DNA of 64,000 bases, taken from contig NC_045138.2 of the NCBI RefSeq assembly GCF_008831285.2, forward strand, positions 28,086,001-28,150,000, read 5' to 3'. Under the pieces are notes generated by a model. That model was not told the origin of the DNA and ran no database searches. It saw nothing but the letters and a program-made list of their open reading frames with translations. The translations under genes and the position numbers were made by a program. The DNA is from Nymphaea colorata. Taxonomy: Eukaryota. Every line of letters begins with the position of its first letter. Position 1 is the stretch's first letter. Below, piece by piece: positions 26,810 through 38,562 of the stretch.

Positions 26810-27897
26810 CGAGTTTTTGCCTTAAATGGTAAGCAAAGTGGAGACAATTAAGTATGCGAGCAATATTACATTAGCCTGTTAAGGTAGATAATTCACCTAT
26901 ATGTGAATAGCATACAACACATAGCTGTTCATCCTTAGAAAAAGGAGGAGAGAAGTATAATTCTACCATGTTCGAAGTTTAAAAGTTCATGACTATGCTT
27001 GGACAGAGAGATAGTGCAATATGAAATGAATGAGTACCTTATAGGCCGTATATTCAGTAATATAAACACATAGGCACAAATTATGTTGCAGTAAAAGGCA
27101 AAACCTCAGAAATTAAACCAATACAAAGGAACAGAAGCAACCGTCGTCAATCAAGTTGCCATGATTCATGAAGTGAAGGAGTTCATGTAACGATCACACA
27201 AAGAAGACAAGTGGTAGCCAACCAGATGGATGAATTGCAAGACAAATAGCCTTGGAAAAATGTACGCACTTCATAACACGAATGTGACACTTAAACCAAA
27301 AAAAAAAATACTAAGCATAGCATAAAGAAAAGTATGCTCATTGTCAAAGCAGATTTATAAACCCAGAAGGTCAAAAAAATAAGAAGCAATTAAGGTGTGG
27401 TAGAAAAATGAGCTGCTAACATATCCATGGTCAACCCAATTATGGCAGACTTCAGGTCATCTCAATGATGGCTGATTTACTCGGACAGAGATCTACGTGC
27501 TTCTATTAATCCCTGGATCTTAAAGCAACCAACGGAATTATGTGAAATTTAAAGCATTTTTTCATGTCGTCTACCAATAGAAAGCTGCCAATAAAATAAG
27601 ATCCTGAAACTCTTTATTATTAGAATATGAGATCTACAAGGATTTTCATACTATCAATTTGATTGGACCTGATCATAACATGTAGTCTCCTTTTTTGTTT
27701 TTCCCTTTCCTTCCTTCCTTTTTGTGGATAGCATACAGCAAGTTTAAAACAACAAACAGCTATTCATCCTTAGAAAAAGGAGGAGAGAAGTTTAACTGTA
27801 CCATGTACGAAGTTTAAAAGTTCATGACTATGCTAGGACAGAGAGAGAAAGTGCAATATGAAATATTCAGTAATATAAACATATAGGCACAAACATA
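26810..27897 (+). repeat. Copy of AP4S intron-1 segment (44806-45780) followed by a partial second copy (~27722-27897)
   Basis: Colinear match, e.g. AAGCAAAGTGGAGACAATTAAGTA and ATGGCAGACTTCAGGTCATCTCAATGA. Confidence 0.92.
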
Positions 27898-30800
27898 TAC
27901 ACACCACCCTTTAGTCAAAATCACATTATGTTAAGTCAACTTGAATTGAATCTGAACTTTCTTGAATAAGAAAATTAAAATTTTCAAATTTTTAAACTGC
28001 CGAACAATAGGAAAATTTTAAATTAATCGCTTGGCTTTAGAATTATGGAAGTAATGACTATTATAAAATATAATAAATATATAATCATCTTTTCTTGATG
28101 ACTAACAATTGAACACGAGGTTATGTAATTGATATTCACTTTCAACATAAACATATAGATCAAACTCGAATTTTAATCTGTGTTTCAAATGTTGGTCTTT
28201 TGAAGCAAAATAATTGCAAATTACATTCCCAGATCATGATCGCCATCTTTACTCCTAGAGGACTTCCCAGAGTCTTAAACGAGGAGAAAAATGTTTGTCC
28301 ACTCCTTTTGCTATAAAAGCAGGAGAAGAGGGTGAATTTATTTGTGATGGAATTATACCATGATTGAAATGTTATATAGGGAGACATACTCCAAGTGTTG
28401 TATCGTCCACAAAAATGGTAGAAAAGGGGGATAAATATTGTCACAAGATTGAACTTAAATGTTTCAAAGAAGAAAGCCAGATCTACTGCCCATGCATATT
28501 GCACTGGTTTCTTGTCTATGCCGGTGCTTATATATTTTACAATCTTTAATTTGAAAAATTAAATTTAAATCCAACAATTAAAAAAATAAGGCAAATGTAG
28601 TTTCCCGTGACCAGCCTTGGCCTTCATCGGCAACACATTGTTTAGATGCTTCATAATCTCCTTATACTTAATCGACAAGTTGTGATTAATTAAGAGACGG
28701 TGAGTCGGTGAGGGCCATTCTGATCTGTCTTTTCCGTTTTCCAGCACAAGATGGTATTAATAATTGGCCCGCATATGGCACTCCTTTAATACATCTATCA
28801 ATTAGTTTCAGCCGTTCAAAAACCTGGCACCTTCCAGTCTGCAAGAGAATGAAGAAACCAAGTCCCTCTACCTTTCGCAAAAGCTAGCTACCATCCTGTC
28901 TTGTCTCCACTGAATGTGGACGTAATATGAATGATAAAGCTGCAAATGTTCCTAGCCATCCAACCCTTGAAGTCATGCCATAGCCCTAGAGAACAACCCA
29001 AATCTGAAATTAAATCAAACCCAACTGAACACGCCAAATCCATAAGCACCACAACTTGTGATCTTCATGTAAAGGTGGGTGAGAGAATGGTTCTCTTGTG
29101 AACGCATCCTTTTTTATTCCTAATCTCCAATTACCTTCTTTATCCACTGTAGAATAAGATGAACATATTGATGGCCGATGAACATTCCCAACTTTTCAAG
29201 ATGGGTTGGACCAGGCCTAGGTCATCCACCAATTCGTTGTACATGTCATCCAAGAGGGACTAACTTGTGCTCACATTTGCCTCCCCATTAGGACCTAAAT
29301 AGAGGTTAACAATGTCATCTCGTAGAATATATCTCACTTTCTTTACTTGGGCATGCTCATGTCCAAAAGTTATTTAGTTGCTTACACTTTAGCACTCTCT
29401 TATCTTCTATGTGTACCTTCCTCCTTTTACCTCTTCCTTTCTTTTCAGGGTCTCATTCTATATGTCCATATCAGAGTTGTCTTCGTGTCATATCATCTGT
29501 ATCACCTTACTCAAAGTCAGGAGACAACTCATAAGTAGTCTCACGCTGTTCCTTTGTCTCATCAACAGCTCTTTTCTTGAGGGGAAGTCATTTGCTGTGT
29601 TAGAGTCAACAATATGGCCTTGCAGACTCCTTGGGTTCTTAATTAAACATTCCTCCTCACCTTGAATCATCTTGTTAAAATCCCCACTAGTTTCCAAATA
29701 TAAAGGGGCCGGATTGTTGAATTTGGGTAGATTGCGACGTCCGAACTCCGATATCATCTCTCTCTCTGGCCTCTTTCCAATCCTTGTTTAGTACATCAAA
29801 TACATTGCCGTGAAGAAGAGATTCTACGGCCAATTTTTTTTTGCCATATTCACTTGTTTTCGTTCATCTTTCTTTTCTTCAGATGGACTAATGCATTCCT
29901 TGAGGACATCGTTAGAGGATGTGTACTAGTGGATCGACAATGCAAGTAGTGTTTAATTTTTCCTTCATCTAGAGGGATATGTAAAAGTGCATTTACATCC
30001 AGATCAAACCAGAAGCAATCACCTTCATGCCCAAAGAAGTCATTTTGGCCAGGCTTAATTTAATGCCCTGGCCACACTCACGACAGCTTCTTTGATGTGT
30101 CCTATCACCAACAATGGCATGAAGCACACTACTGCCAGCGATCAGAACCACTCCTCGATAATTATTATTCTCTTGGAATCCCAAACCCCACACGGTAGAG
30201 GACATCCATAATCTGAAGGTCAGAGAAACCTATCACTATCTTCTTATTTCCTCGAAGAAATATGGAACACGGGCCACTGACTACCAGAGAAACACTACCG
30301 ACGACAAAATCGGAGCAATCATTAAGAAATAGTGATAAGAAAGAGTATTAATCGCATCAAGGGCTCCTTAAATTTGCATTAAAGTTGCATTAGATATAAC
30401 AGCAAAAGATATTTATGTTGCTTCCCATCACTATAAGCGCCCAGAAATGAATCTTTAAGGAATTTAATATTGTTGACATGATGAATGTGGTCGATGAAGC
30501 TTTTTTTTTTACTAAATATATAGTTAACAAATTCTGACCAGTAAAAAAATAACCCAAATTTCATAAACTACTTCATACAATTGGACCGCAGGCTACTCAA
30601 ATCTGACACTCTGAATTAACGATTACAGCTTATTGAGACCCCACATATCCCCACCCCCTAGGATGTTATTGGAATAACAGCAAATAAACCATCACGCAAG
30701 CTGGTATACATTACAAGCTTATTCTTCTTCTCAGGTACCTACTGCTGGAATGTTCTACCAAACCATCCCTCTCTTTTTCATCATTATTAACCCTTTTTTT

Positions 30801-30926
30801 TTTCATTCACGCAACCGGAGGAAACGCCCTCTTGTAGAATCTAACCAAAAACAACAATCCCTGGATATTGATCAACCTCTCTAGCGCTTCCCCTTCTTCC
30901 TACTCGAAGGGCTGAAGTCCAAGGGC

Positions 30927-30965
30927 TTAACTTACCGGCCGGAGCTCCTCTTGGCCGGAGATCGG
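30927..30965 (-). pseudogene. psi-c: last ~12 codons and stop of a GDSL copy (3' flank continues to ~28050)
   Basis: Encodes PISGQEELRPVS* like GDSL-3 with a matching 3' flank, then is fused abruptly to AP4S-intron-like sequence at 30966. Confidence 0.85.
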
Positions 30966-31843
30966 CATACAGCACATTTAAAACAACAAACAGCTGTTCA
31001 TCCTTAGAAAAAGGAGGAGAGAAGTTTAGTTGTACCATGTACGAAGTTTAAAAGTTCATGACCATGCTGGGACAGAGAGATAGTGCAATATGAAATGAAT
31101 GGGTACCTGATAGGCCATATATTCAGTAATATAAACACATAGGCACAAATTATGTTGCAGTAAAAAGCAAAACCTCAAAAATTAAACCAATACATAGGCA
31201 CAAATTATGTTGCAGTAAAAAGCAGAACCTCAGAAATTAAACCAATACAAAGGAACAGAAGCAAGCTTCGTCAATCAAGTTTCCATGATTCATAAAGTGA
31301 AGGCACAATGAAGACAAGTGGTAGCCAACCAGATGGATGAATTGCAAGACAAAAAGTCTTGCAAAAGTGTAAGCACTTCATAACACGAATGTGACACTTA
31401 AACCCAAAAAGAAAAAAAAAATACTAAGCATAGCATAAAGAAAAGTATGCTCATTGTCAAAGAAGATTTATAAACCCAGAAAGGTCAAAAAGATAAGAAG
31501 CAATTAAGGAGTGGTAGAAAAATGAGCTGCTAACACATCCATGGTCAACTCAATTATGGCAGACTTCAGGTCATCTCAATGAGACAGAGATCTACATGCT
31601 TCTATTAATCTCAGGATCATAAAGCAACAAACGGAATTTTGTGAAATTTAAAGCAATTTTGCATGTCATCTTCCAAAAGAAAACTGCCAATAACATAAGA
31701 TCCTGAAACTCTTTCTTATTAGAATATGAGATCTGCAAGGATTTTTCATGTTATCAATTTGATGAGACCTAATCATAACCTGGGGCCCTCCTTTTTTGTT
31801 TTTTACCCTTTCCATCCCTTCCTAGTAAGAGTAGGGAAACTAG
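30966..31843 (+). repeat. Second copy of AP4S intron-1 segment (~44908-45803)
   Basis: Colinear from CATACA(G/A)CACATTTAAAACAACAAACAGC to CCTAGTAA.AGTA(A)GGGAAACTA, with an internal ~55-bp duplication near 31137-31247. Confidence 0.92.
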
Positions 31844-31854
31844 GCTTTGTTACG

Positions 31855-32380
31855 GTAAAATAAATCAAGTCATTGTTGTATTTAATTTTTTTAAGTACTT
31901 ATCACATCCTTATAAATATGATTTTACTTATGGTAAAACGAATCATGAAGTTGCATTGTCACATAATTTTAGTTTTTATCACATCTTTGTAAACATGATT
32001 TCATTTGAGTGTATCGTAAAATGAATCATACAGATGTGTTATTGCACGATTTTTTGTCTGATTGTTTATCCCGACTTGAAAAATGTCTTTTTATCATAAA
32101 ATCAGTTCATACATTGTTGTTGCATTTAATTTTCGTTGTGTTTATCACCTTCTTGTTATCGTCTCTTAGTAAATGTATTTTTATTGGAAGACCAATCGAT
32201 ATTGTGTCGTTGTTGCATTTAATTTTTCTCAGTGTTCATCACATCCTTGTAACTCTGATTTTAGGTTATTGTATCGTAAATAAGAATCATCCAACTGCAT
32301 TGTCGCATGACTTTTTGTGATGATCGCGTCCATGTAAACAAGAATTTATTTGTGTTGGATTCGCGGTATTGCAAATGAGT
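31855..32380. repeat. Degenerate ~75-80-bp AT-rich minisatellite
   Basis: Recurring GTAAAA..AATCA...TTGCATTTAATTTT...ATCACATCC(T)TGTAAA units. Confidence 0.65.
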
Positions 32381-32618
32381 GTCCAGTATAGATCAAGTTT
32401 CATACACTAACATAAATTCTATGGGGCATACACCTCATTGAAACCCCACATATCTCCACTGTGCGTAGGATGTTATTAGAATAAGAACAAACAAAACATC
32501 AAGCAAGCTAGTAATAGTACTCCCTTAATATTAACTTAAGCCTCGAAAGAACGGTTTACATTACAACCATATGCTAAAAGAAAGTCTCTCCTAGCCGACA
32601 CGAAAGTTTATCCACTAT

Positions 32619-32888
32619 CCATAGTTTATACGGCATACTGTAGAGCGTGGAGTTGAAGGTGATGTTCGCAAGCGTCTTGACATTGATGGGGTGAACTTCG
32701 CTGCTCAGATTGGATAGGTAAGCCCTTGTGGAGAGATAGTTGCACACCTTCTCTGTGAGGTGCGCCCTATCGTAGTGGAGGTAGATGCTCCTGTTCGAGC
32801 ACGGACTCCCATCCTCTCACATGTGACCCCTTCAGTGCCCTCCACATAGCAGCAAGATTCATTGATCACTTCTATTCCTGTTGAAATT

Positions 32889-32920
<32 letters not shown>

Positions 32921-33743
32921 GAAAGTGTATCTAGATGTCGCAATTTAATTGGATCTGAATTTGATTTTAGTATTTTAAATCATGATCCAGTTTTGGAATC
33001 ATATCTGGATCCATTTAAGTGGGGAAAATTTTAAGTGGGGAAAATCTGATTATGGTGGGCATGCCCCGATCCAGAAAAGGAAGAGAGTAACGCACGTACC
33101 GAAGGAAGCAAGTTCGTCAATGACTTGGCTGATAATGTTGTAGGTTTTGACGTGGACGAATACAGAGCCAGGCATCTCGTCCATGAAGTCAAGTGGTTAT
33201 TGAACCGAACCATTACATCATTCATGTCCATTATACGTTGTCTGTCATTTTGCAGTCTGGCGAAAGAGGTTGCAGTTAGGGGTGAACATGAGCCGAGTCC
33301 AGCCCGAATTTAATAGCTCAGCTGGACTAATAAAACCTTGAGCTCAACTCGCTTGATCTCGAGAATAGCTTGACGGAAGCAGCTCGACTCAGCAGTTACG
33401 TGTTGAGCTCGAACTCGACTCGATTAAAGTTCAACAAACTCGTTTGAATAGAATTGATATTTATACTCGAGCTCGACTCAATTAAGACTCAACAAACTTG
33501 ATTAAGGCTAGAGCTCAATTTGGCAGTTACGTGTTGAGTTCGAACTCAACTCGATTATCTAGACGAGTGGACTCATGAACTTGAGCTCGACTCATTAAGC
33601 AAATGACTCATCTCGAACTCTTTCACGAGCCAACCTTTAACGAGTCAAGCTCGAGTAGTTGGACTCATTGTTCACCCCTAATTGCAGCCACATGTTTGGA
33701 TGTTATATATACCAAACATTGGAGCTCCGGCAACGTACAGTTT
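32619..33743 (-). pseudogene. GDSL pseudogene fragment psi-d (exon 3 split by a MITE, plus most of exon 4)
   Basis: Exon 3 (33743-33100) carries a MITE at 33277-33680 and an internal deletion. Exon 4 (32877 to ~32619) reads GIEVINESCCYVEG...DRAHLTEK with a 1-bp deletion. Exons 1-2 are absent. Confidence 0.88.
33277..33680. mobile_element. hAT-like MITE inserted in exon 3 of psi-d
   Basis: TIR TAGGGGTGAACA / TGTTCACCCCTA, TSD GTTGCAGT/ATTGCAGC (ancestral GTTGCAGC is seen in paralogs), and many CTCGA/TCGAG subterminal repeats. Confidence 0.9.
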
Positions 33744-33839
33744 CTGCAAAAAAGAAAAGGAACAAATAAATGAAATCTCCAAATTAATGTTCCCAAATGC
33801 AATATTCAGGAGGCTATGGGCCAATCTCCTCCTTCTTAG

Positions 33840-34725
33840 CCCATTTGGGGCCAATGAGGCGGTTTTTTGTGGGGTTCTTAGCCCTTTTGTGGGGTTCACC
33901 TTAAAATAAATTTAAAATTTATTTTGAAATGTATATTTTGAAGGGCAAAATGGTCTCTCTATAAAAAGATGGACTCGGCTTTGTTTAAGGTGATTTTGGG
34001 CTCGTTTGGTCACGAAAGCATTATAATTGACTCCCAAGGCTTGGATCAAGTGTTAAATGGGGGTTTTGAGCTCAAAACATATTTTTAAAATTTTTAATGC
34101 AAGACTAAAACGCGAAATAAAAGAGAGGTTTGCACGTGCACGCATGGCACTAAATAGTGTTGAACATTGTTATTTTGGCCTTGACTTTGGATTTTGAGTT
34201 GAAAATCTTGATTTGGACCTAAACTTTGGCTTTAGATCTAATTTGGACCTGAGAGCGGCTTTATGGATCAATTTTCCTAATTTGGACTCAATTTTGCTTT
34301 GTGGGTTCTATTACGGACTTTGGCTTTGTATTGTGAATTGATGTGTGAATTTTTTATTTAGGACTTAGATTTGCATTTAAATCTGGATCTACAGTTTAAT
34401 TTTGGATCTAAACTTTGCATTTGGATCCAAACATGGATCTAGAATTTATTTTGGAACTAGGGTTAAGATTTGAATTTGGATATGGACCTAGAAGTCTGTT
34501 TTGGATTTAGGGTCGAGATTTGGATTTGGGTATAAATCTAGAGGTCTGTTTTGGATCTAAGGTCGAGATTTGGATTTAGATATAGATGTAGAAGTCTGTT
34601 TTGAGGTGAGCTTGTGCTCAATAACTGAATTTATATCCAAATGTACTATCAAAAATTATTGAAATCATTGAAATATGTTCGAAAAAATGAAGTACGGTCT
34701 TTTGAAAAAAAATTGGAGTGATTAC
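33840..34725. mobile_element. Truncated repeat, probably an LTR end, with an internal degenerate minisatellite
   Basis: Repeating TTTTGGATCTA / AGAAGTCTGTTTTGGAT units and a GGAGTGATTAC end. Related to 10830-11565. Confidence 0.55.
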
Positions 34726-34739
34726 TTTTATGCATCCTC

Positions 34740-34990
34740 ATCTTCGGTTGAATTTTCGATTACCAAAGTGTATATTTCATTACCACCGCCATACGTAGAA
34801 TAGTTTCTAAGGTATTGTTTGTGGGCAAGGTCCTACTGGCTGATTGTGCAAGGGAGATTGCATTCAAACTGTTGATGTGTTGAATCGATGGGGTTTCTCT
34901 ATAGTCAGCAAGTCTGAACTTTGTTGCATTAAGGATGAGAGGATGGATCATCTTTGTTGGTGCTGCCTATTCATGCAGGGTTTGTGGTGT
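34740..34990 (+). mobile_element. LINE zf-RVT-like fragment
   Basis: Translates to IQTVDVLNRWGFSIVSKSELCCIKDERMDHLCWCCLFMQGLW, matching the T.D.L..RG...C.LC...E..DHL...C......W pattern of plant L1 C-termini. Confidence 0.6.
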
Positions 34991-36288
34991 CATATATCCT
35001 GAGAGGAAGTACTATACATGCCCAAAGCTTCAAATAAACGGCGCCTCTCAGAGCTTCAAAGGCTTCTATCTATAATGGCGCCTTTTGGGCTGGCACAGCT
35101 AACAACAAAGGTCGTGCTCAATCAAAATGTGAGAGTCAGCTAAAAAGTGTCTTATATAAAGAATTAATGCACCTTACCTTTTTCTTATTATTTCTTATGT
35201 GGTTTCCATGTCCTACCAATCACTTGCGCCTTGTAAAGTTATTTATTGATTGGGTACTCAAAAAAAGTAATAGAAGCTAATGATGCCACACTCGTTCCAT
35301 ATTATTAAATTCATTTACTTATCTAGGATGGTGATTAGCCTTCGAATTGTCTTGTGCATTATCTTTTCGCATCTTTTTTAGGGTGTTGGGATTACCAACT
35401 TTAGTCGGGCATGTGAGTCTTGTCTGTGTTCTTGGTGGTAACGTTTGGCAAATGAACATTCTCCCATCACCTTGTTCATTTGTTTCATGTTTGACCTATC
35501 TTTCCCTAGTGTTTGGAATAGTTTCATCTCTTACACATTTCCCTCCCGCTTTTGGTGTGATCTGCTTTCAGCCATTTCTATTTTCCTCTGTTTTGCTGAC
35601 CTATCTTCGTTTGCACCCCCATCTTGGCATCTTTCACCTTCCCTAAAATTTACTTTTTTTTCTTGCTACCTGACCTCCTTTGGTTCTTCCGTTGCGTCAC
35701 TCTCACCCTGATCCCTTTGGTCCCCTGACCATTCTCCTTGTGTCATTGCTTTTGTCTGGCTTCTTCTTACTAGTCACATCGACACTTTTGACCACTTACA
35801 GCAGGTTAACTAACCACTGTCCTCTTTATCTCACCGCTACTGAGTCTCGAATCCACATTTTTACTTTTTGCCCTTTCTTTTATAGTGTTATTGTCTCTGC
35901 ATGGCTTTCCATTGTTAGCAGCATTCCAGACTCACCATTCATTCATCTTCTTTTCATCTTTTCTCTTTTCCCCCACCTATCTATTTCCTGGGGGGGTCTG
36001 GAGGTTTGTGGCTCATTTTCTCTTGATAGCGCATTTAGTAGGAGTGCAATAACAGGATCATTAGAAGCACCTTCTCATCGTCAGATTCTCTGTCTCGTCT
36101 TGTGCAGGAGGATGTCCATTTTGCTATTCGGCTGTGGCGACGTCTTTCGTCTCCAGTCGGGTAACTATGCCGCTCCGTTTATCTACTCTCTCTCCACCTC
36201 TCTTATTTCGTTTGACTGTGTGGTTGGCTTTCATCTTTTATTTTTGTTTTTGCAGTTTATTCATGTACTGAGGGAACTTCTTGACCCC

Positions 36289-36341
<53 letters not shown>

Positions 36342-38562
36342 AATGGTGACTTCAGTCACTCACCTCACCCATAATGGTGTTTTGATTACTTGTGATACTC
36401 ATAATGGTGTTTTGATTACTTGTAGAGGAAAAGGTGAAGTAATGATTTTGACTCTTCAAACGTATTCGGATCTTTTTGTGCTTCGATGGTTGAAAAAAAA
36501 AATGATGAACATTTTCACCCTCTATTATTAATTTCATATTTTTCTCTATGCCATGTTTGAAATGGATATAGGGACAGATAATCCAAGTGATGAATGTCTC
36601 GTCCCCAAAAATGGTTGAAAAAGTGGTGGAAAAGGGGGATAATAAATATTGTCATAAATTAAACACGTTTTTGGTGCACACGGCAGGTTAAATGCTTTAA
36701 AAAAAAAAGCGAGATCTACTGCCCATGCAAATCCCTTGTCGATGTAGGTTCGTGTATATTTTATCATTTTTATTTTGAAAAAAAAAATAATTTAAAATCC
36801 AACAAGTAAAAAAAAAAATAAGGCGAATGTAGTTTTCATGACCAGCCCAGCGGGGGCTATCTGTCTTCTCGATTTTTCAGCACTTGATGATATTAATAAT
36901 TGCCCGGCGGACGGCACTCTTTTAATATATCTATCAATTAGTTTCAGCTGTTCACAAATCTGGCATCTTCCAGTCTACAAAACTCCATCTACCTTTCCAT
37001 CCTGTCCCATCTCCACTGAAGGCTGATTTTATATGAATGATAAAGGTGCAATTGATCCTGGCCATCCAACCCTAGAGAACAACCCAAATCTGAAATTAAA
37101 TCAAACCCAACTGAAAACGCCAAATCCATAAGCACTCCAACTTATGACCTTCATTTAAAGGTGGGTGAGGGGATGCTTCTCCTTTTAACGCATCTTTTTT
37201 CATTCCTAATCTCCAATTGCCTTCTTTATCCACTGTAGAATAAGATGAATAAATTGATGGTCGATGAACATTCCCAACTTTTGATGGAATGATCAAGTGC
37301 AAAGGCCCATCCCATTGCATTTGGCTCCTAATAAATACGTTATATTCTTAAAAGTCGTCTCCTTCCAATTTCCATGCTCTTTGTAGGGATATCTACAAGT
37401 GCATTTACATCCAGATCAAACCAGAAGCAAATCACCTTCATCGGCTACCTTACCACCATCTGTTAGCCACCTCAAGCTTCCAGACTGAGAATGCAAATCC
37501 CCCTGCTACTACTCTTACAGTACTATCAGCGTCTGTATTCATCTGTACGCACATCTTCTGCTCTTCCAGAAACTGCTCTTGGTGGGTGTGGAGAACCTTC
37601 GTTTAATTTGATGCCCCGTTATTACTTCTTTGATGTGTCTTATCACCACTCCTTGATAATTAATCTCTTGAAATCCCAAAACCCACACAGGAGAGGACAT
37701 CCATAATCTGAAGACCAGAGAAACTTATCACTGCCTTCTTATTTCCTCGAAGAAAAATGAAACGTGGGCCACCTAGTGCCAGAGAAACACTACCGACGAC
37801 AAAATCGAAGCTCACCTCCTTTCCCCTCAGCCGGAGCAATCATTAAGAAATAGTGATAAGAAAATGTATTAATCGCATCAAAGGATCCATAAATTTGCAT
37901 TAAAGATGCATTAGATATAACAACAAAAGATACTTATGTTGCTTTCCATTGTTGTAAGCACCCAGAAATGAATCTTCAAGGGATTTAATATTGTTGACAT
38001 GATGAGTTAATTTTTTTTATTAAATATATAGTTAACAAATTCTTAATTGGCCTTGTGGCAAAATGACCGAAGTGTCATGGAGCTACTCCATACAATTGGA
38101 CCACAGCCCACTCAAATCTAACACTTAATTAACCTTTCAGGAGTGAGTTTCATGGTGCACACACCTCATTGAGACCCCACATATCTCCACCCGCGGGTAG
38201 AATGTTATTGGAATAAGAATAAATAAAACATCACGCATGCTGGTGAAAATACTTCCTTCACATTAACTTAAGCCTCTCATGAGCGGTTTACATTTCAACC
38301 ATATGCGGCTGACAACTAAGAACAAAAGAAAGTATCACCTAGCTTACACACAAGCTTATTCTTGTTCTCAGGCACCTACTAACGGAATCTTCTACCAAAC
38401 CATCCCTCTCTTTTTCTTCATTAACCTTTTTTTTTTTCATTCACGCAACCGGAGGAAACGTCCTCTCTTGTAGAATCAAACCAAAAACAAAACACCCTGG
38501 ATGTTGATCAACCTCGCTAGCGCTTCCCCTTCTTCCTACTCGAAGGTCTGAAGTCCAAGGGC

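Noticed and set aside
35680..36342. 220-aa hydrophobic ORF
   Set aside because: Low-complexity T/C-rich translation ending in a (GA)n microsatellite, with a non-ATG start and no motifs.
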